A stretch of DNA of 64,000 bases from IMG/VR virus record IMGVR_UViG_3300009502_000040; one strand, given 5' to 3'. Position numbers and translations under genes: made by a program. Under the pieces are notes generated by a model. That model had not been told where the DNA came from and did no database searches. It saw only the letters and a list, made by a program, of their open reading frames with translations. This DNA is from an uncultured virus (IMG/VR IMGVR_UViG_3300009502_000040) (taxonomy: Duplodnaviria > Heunggongvirae > Uroviricota > Caudoviricetes). Of this stretch, positions 18,482 to 28,060 are shown piece by piece. Positions within the stretch are counted from its first letter, which is position 1, and each line of letters opens with the position of its first letter.

Positions 18482-20446
18482 AGTTTTTCGAACTTTACTT
18501 GGTCTAACGGGTTTCCACTTATGATACTTCTTTCTGGTGGCTTCCAAATCATCAATATAAAGATTATTTCTTAAATTGAACATCAATTTAAAAACATGCT
18601 TAACAACTTTTCGTTGTTTAGTTTGCTGAGTAGTTCTATCATCTTTACTTAAATAAAACTCATTCAGTTTATATTTCTTAACAACCTTTGAAACAAAACT
18701 TGAAATAATTTTCAAATACATCGCTTCCTCAGGTCTTTTACTATTCCAATACCGTATTTTAGTTAAGAAGTCTGGTGACAAGTCACAAATAATGTTAAAT
18801 CCTTCGTCCAACCAAAGCTCATAAAGCTGCTTGTAGTATTTAAAATTGTTTTTAAGCGGTCCAGCCAAATGCTCCTTAGATATAAACTTTCTATTGTTAA
18901 TAATAAAGTTGAGCATTTCCAATTCTAACGCTTGATTTTCAACATCTTTTTCAGACCTTAATGTATCAACATTTTTTAATCTGGTATTTATAGCTTCGTC
19001 AGTAAACGTACTACTATCTTCATCATTATCATTATTCCACATTGTTAATGTGTCCCAATTAGTACCAACACCAGATAAATCTATTATTACTTTATTTTTC
19101 AAAAGGTCGAGATAATCATAATTGGTAGAAAAAAATCTATTTTTATCATAAGAACCGAAAATATTTGAAATTGTTCCAATTCCTTTATGACCACCTGAAA
19201 ATGTCCTCTGATCATTATAATCTGCCTTATCTTCAAATATTTTAACAAGCCCTGTCATGTAATCACCAAGATGTCGTATTTTAGATTTATTTGGAGCAAC
19301 AGGATAATCATCATTTTTAACATCATCAAGCCGAACATCAAAATCTGTTACCTGAATAGTATTTCCATACTGAAGCATCACGAAATTTATTGGTTGATTG
19401 TCTATGATCCCACATCGCCTATCCTTTGTTACAAGTGATTTTATACGAATTGGATTTAGCCAAGTTCCTGGCGGAACAAATACCATGTTTCCAATTATTT
19501 GGTATCCCTTTGGGGATAATTTATACTTGAAATTATTTGGATTTGATGGGTCTTTTTTAGATGCTTCAGTACTCCTCATCGCTTTAAAATCTTTAAAGAA
19601 CTCCTTTGATGAAGCATATATTTTCTTAGTTATTCTACCTCGTGAGTCCATTATAAGACCTTTTTTTAATTTACCATCTTTATCGAAAAATTGATCTCCG
19701 CCACTACTTTTAGTTCTTCCTCTACCACGATTATTAACCTGTATCATTCTTTCTTGAGCACTTATTGAAAAATCAACTTCTTCGCCACTTATCCAGTCTA
19801 TATTATTTTTAGCATAAAAAACTTTGAATAATCTGTAAAATTCATATAAAGATGGTTCTTTGGCAGCATTAAAAACTTCCAATAATGTTACAATATCACC
19901 ACGTTTAATCTGCTGATTAAAGCAAGATGCAAAATATAATTTCGGATTATGTGATCTTTTAATTTCACTCAAATCCATGTTTAAAATCTTAGTAACATCA
20001 ATCTTATACTGCCCATAATTGGCTGAATCTATCATATCAATCCATTCAGATACTTCGGATGAAAGTGGCATACCAAGCACTTTTGCAATTCCAGTTGCAG
20101 CAGAATCGCTTTTGACTTTGATTGAATATCTTTTTTGCTTAAGTTTAGTTTCATCATCAAACACCCCATGATGATCAATATAAATATCAATATCTGGACA
20201 ATCCTCAGAAAAATCAACAGCAATATTTATTAAATTCTTATCAATGTTGAAAGCCTTCCAGCTCTGCTGATAATTAATAACACCAGCTTGCTTTATAGTA
20301 AATCCATGATTTAATAAATATTTCTTCATTATAATTCCCGAACAAATTCCGTCCATATCATCATGAAAATAGATACAAACATCTTTTCCAGATTTACCTT
20401 TTTTCTTCCAAAAATTTATATCATTAGGGATTCTCGGTGCACTCAT
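18473..20446 (-). CDS. DHH-family phosphoesterase
   Basis: HDDMDG motif 1, VDF motif 2, IDHH motif 3, D motif 4, GGH (DHHA1) motif. Confidence 0.8.
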   Translation of the reverse strand: MSAPRIPNDINFWKKKGKSGKDVCIYFHDDMDGICSGIIMKKYLLNHGFTIKQAGVINYQQSWKAFNIDKNLINIAVDFSEDCPDIDIYIDHHGVFDDETKLKQKRYSIKVKSDSAATGIAKVLGMPLSSEVSEWIDMIDSANYGQYKIDVTKILNMDLSEIKRSHNPKLYFASCFNQQIKRGDIVTLLEVFNAAKEPSLYEFYRLFKVFYAKNNIDWISGEEVDFSISAQERMIQVNNRGRGRTKSSGGDQFFDKDGKLKKGLIMDSRGRITKKIYASSKEFFKDFKAMRSTEASKKDPSNPNNFKYKLSPKGYQIIGNMVFVPPGTWLNPIRIKSLVTKDRRCGIIDNQPINFVMLQYGNTIQVTDFDVRLDDVKNDDYPVAPNKSKIRHLGDYMTGLVKIFEDKADYNDQRTFSGGHKGIGTISNIFGSYDKNRFFSTNYDYLDLLKNKVIIDLSGVGTNWDTLTMWNNDNDEDSSTFTDEAINTRLKNVDTLRSEKDVENQALELEMLNFIINNRKFISKEHLAGPLKNNFKYYKQLYELWLDEGFNIICDLSPDFLTKIRYWNSKRPEEAMYLKIISSFVSKVVKKYKLNEFYLSKDDRTTQQTKQRKVVKHVFKLMFNLRNNLYIDDLEATRKKYHKWKPVRPSKVRKTLK

Positions 20447-20492
20447 ATCTACAACTTATTTTTTAAGATGTAGTATAAAAAATGCAATAAGT

Positions 20493-20750
20493 TTATGATT
20501 TTACATTTTTACTATTCCATATGCTGATTTGATCAGCAAGCTGATGAGCTTCAGGATCATCTATTTCTCTTAGTCTATCAATAACTGGATCACAAATGTT
20601 CCAACTGGCAGCACTCATATCATCAAATTCTTCGGTGCCTATAAATTGTTCAGCTTGATCTAATAAATAATTTAATTCTTGTTTATTAGTCCCAAACATA
20701 ACTTTTCCAGATTCGGAAATAAAATCTTCGATATTTATCAAATGATTCAT
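20493..20750 (-). CDS. Small acidic protein with capsid-targeting-like N-terminus
   Basis: MNHLINIEDFISE. Confidence 0.65.
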   Translation of the reverse strand: MNHLINIEDFISESGKVMFGTNKQELNYLLDQAEQFIGTEEFDDMSAASWNICDPVIDRLREIDDPEAHQLADQISIWNSKNVKS

Positions 20751-20757
20751 AATTCAG

Positions 20758-21306
20758 TTATCCTTTTTTAGAAAGCAACATAACAATATCACTTAAAACT
20801 TTATCTGAAAATTTAGGGTTTAATTTTTCAATAACTGAAAATTTAGCATTTCCTTTAATTTTAACTCCCTGTGAAATCCCAGATAAATTTTTAGTGGTAC
20901 CATAAAATTTGAATAAACTATCCACAAATCTATTAACATCCAATTTTAATTCTTCATTAAACTTTACAATATGAATATCATTTCCTTTTTTTCTAAGAAA
21001 ATAATTAGAATCAGCATATTTTGAATTTAATGCTTCATAAATATCTTTCATTTGAACATTATCAAATTTTACAATTTTACCTTCCAATACTTCAACGTTA
21101 ATTGTAATTTTGAAATTTTGTGATGGCTGTAATGTTGCACTTGTGCCAACAGGTAATTCTGGTTCTGGCTGCATTAAACCAGGTTGTGCGGCTGGTTCTA
21201 ACTCATCACTGAGCTGTATTTCTTCAGCATCTGGAGTAACAAGAGCGGTAGCAGTATTTGCTTTATTCGTATATGCATCGAATCTCTGTAGTGGCATAGG
21301 TTTCAT
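20758..21306 (-). CDS. Hypothetical protein, paralogue of 42051-42428
   Basis: GKIVKF...IVKFN...F...L..FY...IKGNAKFSVI...LL.K aligns by eye. Confidence 0.75.
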   Translation of the reverse strand: MKPMPLQRFDAYTNKANTATALVTPDAEEIQLSDELEPAAQPGLMQPEPELPVGTSATLQPSQNFKITINVEVLEGKIVKFDNVQMKDIYEALNSKYADSNYFLRKKGNDIHIVKFNEELKLDVNRFVDSLFKFYGTTKNLSGISQGVKIKGNAKFSVIEKLNPKFSDKVLSDIVMLLSKKG

Positions 21307-21349
21307 TATTTTTTATTATATATTAATTATTAAAAGTCTTTTTTGAAAA

Positions 21350-21384
21350 AAAAAACGCACCCCTTTTTGAAGAGTGCGTTTTTT
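21350..21384. terminator. Intrinsic terminator
   Basis: AAAAAACGCAC...GTGCGTTTTTT. Confidence 0.7.
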
Positions 21385-21401
21385 CTAAAATTTATCACTT
21401 T

Positions 21402-21887
21402 TTATATTTCTTGTGCTGGTACATCTGTTGCAGCAGCTTGTGCACCGCCTTGTGCTGGTGGTGGTGCTGGTGTGCCACTTTGAGCCTGAACCTGAGGAGT
21501 TGTTCCATCTTGAGCAGACGGTTGAGCTGCTGGCTGGGCTGTAGGCTGAGCCTGTACTGGCTGCGCTTGCATCTGAGTCATCTGAACCTGACCTTGTGCT
21601 GGTACACCAGTTACTATTTCTACTGCTGGTAGATTAAGCTCTGCTAAATTATCATGTACCCATTGTACAATCATTTCTGCTATACTCAGTTCACCTCTGG
21701 TTTGCCTAAGGTCTTTAGTTGTGGCATCTGTATATGCTTTACAAAATTTGGTAACTAATCCTTTGTCAACCAAAACTGGCAAAGAAACCATATATCCTTT
21801 ATCAAAAGGTTCAACCAATTCATTTACTTGGGGTACCTTAGCTTTAAGTTCTTTAAAATCTTTTTGACTTAATAAGTAGTTTGACAT
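21402..21887 (-). CDS. Hypothetical protein with Gln/Pro/Ala-rich tail
   Basis: ORF track; ATATATA motif upstream. Confidence 0.75.
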   Translation of the reverse strand: MSNYLLSQKDFKELKAKVPQVNELVEPFDKGYMVSLPVLVDKGLVTKFCKAYTDATTKDLRQTRGELSIAEMIVQWVHDNLAELNLPAVEIVTGVPAQGQVQMTQMQAQPVQAQPTAQPAAQPSAQDGTTPQVQAQSGTPAPPPAQGGAQAAATDVPAQEI

Positions 21888-22023
21888 ACTCTCTCGATTA
21901 TTTTTTCTTTATATATTAATTCTTAAATTCCTTTTTTTCACTATCAGTAAAAACTCAGACATTTCTATATATTAATTTTTTTATTCGAAAAATAGAACTT
22001 ATATTTGCAAAAATATTATTTAT

Positions 22024-23757
22024 ATGAAAGACGTTAAAATAGCATTAAACCAGATAAATACAGTCACTGGTGATCTGGACGGAAATTACCAAAAGGTAGT
22101 TAACGGAATAACAAAATCCCTCGCTGATGGTGCTGATATCATCGTTTTTCCAGAAACCGCCATTACTGCATATTGCGTTGGTGCCTTGTGGGATAATATT
22201 GATTTTATTTTTGAACAAGAGCACAAAGTCAAAGAACTTATTAAAATAATTCCTTACAATAAGGCACTTATCATTGGGTATGTAAGTTATCATGGAAAAA
22301 AACCTGACGGTTTTCCATTACTCAAAAATTCCGTTGCTGTCATCAATCGCAATAAAATGAGGCGATATGATAAACAGCTTCTTGCAAATGCCGATCATCA
22401 CGAAGATCGCAAATATTTTAAGAAAGGTAAAAAGACAAAAGTTTTCAATCTTGAATTAGAAAGCACCAGCATATGCGTTGGAATTCCAATTTGCGAAGAT
22501 GCTTGGTACACCAACCACAAAAGAGATATTCCTGAAGAAATGGTTAAGCTTGGTGCCGAACTTTTGATTGTACCAAATCAATCATATTTTTACTATCATA
22601 AAAACGATTATCGTAAAACGCTTTTCGGATCAATCGCAAACCGATTCAATATTCCAGTTCTAACATTAAACTCTGTTGGTATTGGTGATATCGTAAAAAA
22701 TATTATCATTTTTGATGGGAATTCCATGATATTTGATGAAAATGGAAATTATGTGCACAAAATGGATGATTTCGGTGAAGATTATTTTGTGTACGGATTA
22801 TCGGATCAGCACATTGACAACCCACCTGTATCGAAAGGTAAATATTCAGAAATCATCGATGCCCTTATTTTTGAGCAGCGTGAATTCTTCAGGCTTCTTG
22901 GAATTAAAATAGCACAAGTTCATATCAGCGGTGGAGTTGACAGTGCAATAGTAGCTGCTCTTGAAGTACTTTCGATGGGTAAAGAAAATTGCAGATTTAT
23001 CACCAACCCTACCAATCTCAATAGTTCAAGCTTACCAATGGCTCAAAGGGTTGCTGGTGCACTTGGAGTTCATTTATACGTTGATCAGCTCGAAGAAATT
23101 GCCAAAGTATTTAAGGAATACGACACCAAAGCATTTGGTGAATGTTCACCACAAATTCAGAAAGAAATTGAAACAGTTTCTCACGCTGTTGGTAGAACAG
23201 TTCAGGGATTAGCTGCTACTCACAGATTTCAATCTGGAATCGTTGCAACAGGAAATCATACAGAAATTGTTCTTGGGTGGGCAAATTTTCATGATATTGG
23301 ATCAATTGGAGTTCATATGCCACTCGGTGATTTAACAAAATTAGAATTGTTTGAAATATCACATGAACTGAACAACCGATTTGGTTATGAAGTTATACCT
23401 TTAGAATTGATTGATGGTACAATTAAACCAGCGGCACAACTACCAGATGCCAATGAGGACCCGATTGATTATGCAATTCAAAGTGGTTTATGTGCTGAAG
23501 TTATACGTCACAGAAAAACAAAAAAACAACTTATTGATGATTTTAGAAATAAAAACCTAACCGTTGATTTTTTCCTTCCTACAGTATACGAAAACTATAC
23601 AATGGATCAGTTCATTAACGAAGTCAATATAACTCTTTCAAAAAGCAGAACATCTGTTTTTAAAGCTGCACAAGGGGCACCAATCGTTATTGTTTCTCCA
23701 AGAAGTCGTGGATTCAGTAATCGTGAAACACTCATCAATATGTATAAAAATATTTAA
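22024..23757 (+). CDS. nadE: Glutamine-dependent NAD+ synthetase
   Basis: Nitrilase-fold triad (FPE, K, ICED) fused to SGGVDS ATP-pyrophosphatase domain, TGN..E, PLGDL.K. Confidence 0.92.
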   Translation: MKDVKIALNQINTVTGDLDGNYQKVVNGITKSLADGADIIVFPETAITAYCVGALWDNIDFIFEQEHKVKELIKIIPYNKALIIGYVSYHGKKPDGFPLLKNSVAVINRNKMRRYDKQLLANADHHEDRKYFKKGKKTKVFNLELESTSICVGIPICEDAWYTNHKRDIPEEMVKLGAELLIVPNQSYFYYHKNDYRKTLFGSIANRFNIPVLTLNSVGIGDIVKNIIIFDGNSMIFDENGNYVHKMDDFGEDYFVYGLSDQHIDNPPVSKGKYSEIIDALIFEQREFFRLLGIKIAQVHISGGVDSAIVAALEVLSMGKENCRFITNPTNLNSSSLPMAQRVAGALGVHLYVDQLEEIAKVFKEYDTKAFGECSPQIQKEIETVSHAVGRTVQGLAATHRFQSGIVATGNHTEIVLGWANFHDIGSIGVHMPLGDLTKLELFEISHELNNRFGYEVIPLELIDGTIKPAAQLPDANEDPIDYAIQSGLCAEVIRHRKTKKQLIDDFRNKNLTVDFFLPTVYENYTMDQFINEVNITLSKSRTSVFKAAQGAPIVIVSPRSRGFSNRETLINMYKNI

Positions 23758-23760
23758 TTT

Positions 23761-24681
23761 ATGAAACACGATGAAAATTCCATTAAAGCTGTAATAGTAG
23801 CACTGTTAGGAAACTTTGCTATTGCGGTAATAAAAGTTATAGTATCATTAATAACGTTGAGTTCAGCAATGCTTGCAGAAGCCATTCACTCTTCGGCTGA
23901 CTGCTTCAATCAAATTTTTCTTCTTATTGGAAACAAACGTTCCAAAAAACAATCAACTGAAAGGCATCCATTTGGGTATGGGAAAGAATCATTCTATTGG
24001 GCGTTAAGAGTTGCAGATTTACTTTTTCTTGTTGGTGCAATATTTTCTGTATATGAGGGTATTCACAAACTTATGCATCCAGAACCATTACAGCATATTT
24101 ACTGGATTTTTATTGTATTAACAATATCAATTGCAATAGAATTTAAATCATGGTCTGTAGCATATAAAGCATTTATTTTAAAAAAGAAAAAAGGCTCTGG
24201 ATTTATAAAGGGGCTTGAAGATTCAACTGACACAAATCTTTTAGTTATTATTTTAGAAGATTCTGCGGCTCTAATGGGTCTTATTACAGTTTTAATTACA
24301 ACTACACTTGCAATATTTTATCCAATTTTTGATGGCATTGGTAGTATTTTAGTTGGATTAATTCTCGTATATGTTTCCTATAAATTATCAGATGAAGTAA
24401 GAAAATTAATTATTGATGAAAGTATCCCAAGAGAAAAAAGGCATTTAATACGCCAAATTTTGCACGATTATGAGATAGTAGAGCATATTAATCGAGTTCG
24501 AACAGTGGTTATAGGCAACGAAAAATATTTAATTATGATTTCCGTTGACATTGATGATGATGCTGCGGGATATCACGTTGAAGATATGTTCGAAGAAATA
24601 AGACTTGATATTAAAAACCAAATTCCAGAGGTCTTTGAAATTTATGTTGATGTCAAAAAAGCAAATTCCGAAAAAAATTAA
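23761..24681 (+). CDS. Cation diffusion facilitator (CDF) metal transporter
   Basis: SAMLAEAIHSSAD, HPFGYGKE, EDSAAL, multiple TM helices. Confidence 0.92.
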   Translation: MKHDENSIKAVIVALLGNFAIAVIKVIVSLITLSSAMLAEAIHSSADCFNQIFLLIGNKRSKKQSTERHPFGYGKESFYWALRVADLLFLVGAIFSVYEGIHKLMHPEPLQHIYWIFIVLTISIAIEFKSWSVAYKAFILKKKKGSGFIKGLEDSTDTNLLVIILEDSAALMGLITVLITTTLAIFYPIFDGIGSILVGLILVYVSYKLSDEVRKLIIDESIPREKRHLIRQILHDYEIVEHINRVRTVVIGNEKYLIMISVDIDDDAAGYHVEDMFEEIRLDIKNQIPEVFEIYVDVKKANSEKN

Positions 24682-24743
24682 GTAAAAATTTTTTTTTCTC
24701 ATACATTGTTTGTACATTTGTCGGGTAATTAAAATCCGAACAT

Positions 24744-25383
24744 ATGAAACTTAAATCCAAAGTAGTTAAATTGTGGGTAGCTAATAAAGAGCACTTATTT
24801 GAACTTGGAAGCAAACTGCGAATTACAAAGGATGATTGTTGGTCTGTTGAATTCGATGCAGAAGGAAATGCACTCGGTTATTTTTGGTGGGATAGTTCCT
24901 TATGGAAAGATGCTCCTGATACAATTAGAAAACCAAAAAATGCCCATAAGATAATATCTTCCACATTGGATATAGGTCACGGTACTTTAAGAATGACCGC
25001 ACAAAAAAGAATTGAATTAGGTGTACAACCAAATTTTGACGATTTATCTGATTTCAGCTTATGGGAAAAGTCGGGTAAATTAAAAGTCTAACCTCAAAAA
25101 CCTGAAAATTATGGAAAATCCAATCTTAATGACAAAGGTAGTACGGTATTGTCTTTTCAAAAAAAGGATTGACGAGCCAGAATGTACACATTACTGCACC
25201 AGAATCTGGACAGAAAGCCCCTTCGGAACCGATTCACGGATGAAAGCCACATGGTCAATTGCACATGTTGTAAATAGCCTTGGTGTACCAGCCCCAATTG
25301 GCCCCCCTATTGAAGGTGAACTTGCAGAAAAACTTGAAGCCGAATTCCAAGCATGGGTTAAAAAAGTTCAAAAAATCAAGTAA
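24744..25383 (+). other. Two hypothetical genes (24744-25091, 25111-25383)
   Basis: ORF track; behind TACATTTG repeat, followed by terminator. Confidence 0.7.
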
Positions 25384-25457
25384 TATATTGATTTGAAGAG
25401 ATTTAAGACCAAAATTATTTATTATTATATAAGTAGAATTATATCTTGCATGATTTT

Positions 25458-25480
25458 AAGCCCCCTCGTGGGGCTTTTTT
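25458..25480 (+). terminator. Intrinsic terminator
   Basis: AAGCCCC-CTCGT-GGGGCTTTTTT. Confidence 0.75.
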
Positions 25481-25483
25481 ATT

Positions 25484-25510
25484 AAACTTTATTCGTACTT
25501 TTGCATACAA
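25484..25510 (+). promoter_or_regulatory. AAAC-N18-TAYAW phage promoter-like motif (representative of 9 copies)
   Basis: Exact 18-nt spacer in all copies; see findings. Confidence 0.7.
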
Positions 25511-25520
25511 TATGTGAAAT

Positions 25521-25790
25521 ATGGAAGAAGTAAGAATTACCGAACTCGAAGAAGGAAAATATTATACCTTATCACTTGATGTTAAAGAAAGATATAATTC
25601 AAGTGGTGTTAATATTATTGAAGTGAAAGTTCTAATTAAATTAGGGCATTCAATAAAACTACATTTAATAGCTAAAAATTCTGAAGTGTGGTACTCAACA
25701 AATATCAGAATTTTATTATTTGATGAAATTCCTCCAAAATATTTTAGAAAAGATAAATTAAAAAATATAGAAAAAAATTTAGAAGAATGA
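25521..25790 (+). CDS. Hypothetical protein with RxxKLxxI tag
   Basis: ends RKDKLKNIEKNLEE. Confidence 0.75.
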   Translation: MEEVRITELEEGKYYTLSLDVKERYNSSGVNIIEVKVLIKLGHSIKLHLIAKNSEVWYSTNIRILLFDEIPPKYFRKDKLKNIEKNLEE

Positions 25791-26299
25791 ACGATTTGAT
25801 ATTACAATTAGCAACTGCACTCTTTGAAAATAAAGAATGCATAAATAAAAACATTTCATTTGTAACAAACTACAAAAAACACTTCGAACCATATTTTAAT
25901 AAATCGGCTTTAAATAAAAAATGGTTTGATAAAATCAAAGAAATTTTATTTACAGAAAAAGTTGATTCTTTCAATCTTACAATAGAATTTGAATCTGGTA
26001 GACCAAAAATGCTTGATTCGAAAGACACATCGTTTTCTATAGGTTGGTATAGATGCCAATTTATTTTTCATGGTAAAACAGAAATTAATGTTGTCTTTGA
26101 TAGTCTATCAGACTATTGTGGTTTGGGGCAATCAGATTTTAATCGATTTATGGGATTTAGAGAAACTGAGGATAACGGTGTTGTAGTTAAAAATATTCCA
26201 GAAACAATACAAAATCTTGTCGATCTTAAAAATATTCTAATTGAAAATGGGCATAAAACAATCGCACAATTATCAAAAATAAAAGATTCAAACAAATGA
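25787..26299 (+). CDS. Hypothetical protein
   Basis: ORF track; ATGA overlap. Confidence 0.7.
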   Translation: MNDLILQLATALFENKECINKNISFVTNYKKHFEPYFNKSALNKKWFDKIKEILFTEKVDSFNLTIEFESGRPKMLDSKDTSFSIGWYRCQFIFHGKTEINVVFDSLSDYCGLGQSDFNRFMGFRETEDNGVVVKNIPETIQNLVDLKNILIENGHKTIAQLSKIKDSNK

Positions 26300-26404
26300 C
26301 AGCAATTATTATTATATCAGCAGTTCTAATTGGTGGATATGCAATTTACTCCGTAATTGACATATTAAGAATTAGAAAAATAATTTTTAAAAAAATCTCA
26401 AAAC

Positions 26405-26914
26405 ATGAAAATTAACATCATTGTATCAGCATCACTCAATTGGGTTATAGGAGCCAATAACAAATTATTATGGCGGCTTAAATCTGACCTTAAGCGATTC
26501 AAAGAATTAACAACTGGGAAAATTGTAATCATGGGTCAAAAAACATACGAATCACTTCCCAATGGGGCATTACCAAATAGAACGAACATTGTTCTTACTG
26601 ATGATGAAGATTATTCTGGTGTTGATATCATTCTGGCATTTAATATTGAAGAAGCTCTTATCAAAGCAACATATTATGCTGGTGAAGATGCTGAAATATT
26701 CATAATTGGTGGCGGGATGGTATATCGGCACTTCTTACCATTAGCAGCCACCATTTATCTGACACGAGTTCACACTTTGATCGAAGGTGATACTATCTTC
26801 CCAAACATTGATGAAATGCCTGAATGGGTACCTCAAATAGCCGAAGCAGAAACTCATCCAATAGATGAGAACAATGAATATGCATATTCATATCAAAAAT
26901 ATATTAAAAAATAA
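26405..26914 (+). CDS. folA: Dihydrofolate reductase
   Basis: VIG..NKLLW.L..D...FK..T.G..VIMG.KTYESLP...LPNR.NIVLT, IIGGG, GDT.FP. Confidence 0.95.
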   Translation: MKINIIVSASLNWVIGANNKLLWRLKSDLKRFKELTTGKIVIMGQKTYESLPNGALPNRTNIVLTDDEDYSGVDIILAFNIEEALIKATYYAGEDAEIFIIGGGMVYRHFLPLAATIYLTRVHTLIEGDTIFPNIDEMPEWVPQIAEAETHPIDENNEYAYSYQKYIKK

Positions 26915-26917
26915 AAA

Positions 26918-27262
26918 ATGAGCTACCAAGACAACGAAATAAATTATAATCATTTTCAACGTGTTAAGCAATCAATAGAAGCATTATATCTGGCATTTGT
27001 TGAAACACACAATGAATATCTAAGAGTTATTGAGGATGTTGAATGCTTTGATGATGAGAAAATAAATGAAATTCACTCAACTCTTATGGAATATGATGCT
27101 GAATTAGATAAAATGAAGGCAAGTTTATTTATGATGCAATCTAAAAACAAAACCATACGGTCCTATTTCAATCAAACCAGACTCATGAAAAAAGCAAGGC
27201 TTACCAAAATTGAGTCAAAAATGAACAAACCCGAAGATGACGATGATGGGTTACCATTTTAA
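26918..27262 (+). CDS. Coiled-coil protein ending in SSB-like acidic tail
   Basis: ends EDDDDGLPF*. Confidence 0.7.
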   Translation: MSYQDNEINYNHFQRVKQSIEALYLAFVETHNEYLRVIEDVECFDDEKINEIHSTLMEYDAELDKMKASLFMMQSKNKTIRSYFNQTRLMKKARLTKIESKMNKPEDDDDGLPF

Positions 27263-27515
27263 AATAAATCTAAAAATGATATTAAAAATTAAAGTATCTC
27301 CATATACGACAGAAGCGGTTGAATTATTAGCTAAAAAACTTAAATGGAAAGAAGTAAGCCGTGGTGTTTGTCAAGGATTCGTTGGTCTTGGCGGATGCAA
27401 AAATGATAAGTTTATCATAGAATATGACATTCCAAGTGATGATAGTGATTTTTCTGCCAGCGTAGAATTTGAAATCATAAAAAGTGATTATTCCATTGAA
27501 TATAAAGAATTATGA
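27237..27515 (+). CDS. Hypothetical protein (start probably MILKIK)
   Basis: ORF track. Confidence 0.6.
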   Translation: MTMMGYHFKINLKMILKIKVSPYTTEAVELLAKKLKWKEVSRGVCQGFVGLGGCKNDKFIIEYDIPSDDSDFSASVEFEIIKSDYSIEYKEL

Positions 27516-27703
27516 AGCACTACCAATGTAATATCTGCGGAGAATTTTTTAATTTATCTATAGGTACTAAAAGCTATTTGGTTAAATTAACTGCATCAAT
27601 CTGTCCAAAATGCAACTCATTTGAAATCAGTTTAACACCTCACGGAATTCGCCAATTGGAAAGAATAAGTAAAATAAAAAAACTAAATGAAAAAGAACAC
27701 TAA
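27512..27703 (+). CDS. Zinc-ribbon protein with RxxKIxxL tag
   Basis: CNIC...CPKC; ends RISKIKKLNEKEH. Confidence 0.7.
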   Translation: MKHYQCNICGEFFNLSIGTKSYLVKLTASICPKCNSFEISLTPHGIRQLERISKIKKLNEKEH

Positions 27704-27860
27704 GATATTGTTATTAATTTTCATAGGGTTATCAATTGGAGCGATTGTATGCTCATTTCTTGGCGCAGCGGTAGTTGGTGCTTGGTCAGCATCAATAATG
27801 TATCTGGGGGCTTTATTTGCAGTAACACTCGCAGCGTTATATGAAAACGATGAACTATGA
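27687..27860 (+). CDS. 57-aa two-TM membrane protein
   Basis: Manual translation MKKNTKILLLIFIGLSIGAIV...LAALYENDEL. Confidence 0.6.
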   Translation: MKKNTKILLLIFIGLSIGAIVCSFLGAAVVGAWSASIMYLGALFAVTLAALYENDEL

Positions 27861-28060
27861 AAAAATGTAAAGACTTTGTAATCTTCAAAATCAGATATTA
27901 TGCTGATGAAAAGAAATTCCAAAAATATACACAAGAAGACCCATTACTAAGGCAACGAATGTAAACACACCGTACAAAATATTGAAGAAAACAAATATAT
28001 TTTCTGTAAGAAAAAGATTACCATGGAAAAGAGATTATTATAAAAAAAACAACTTAAATT

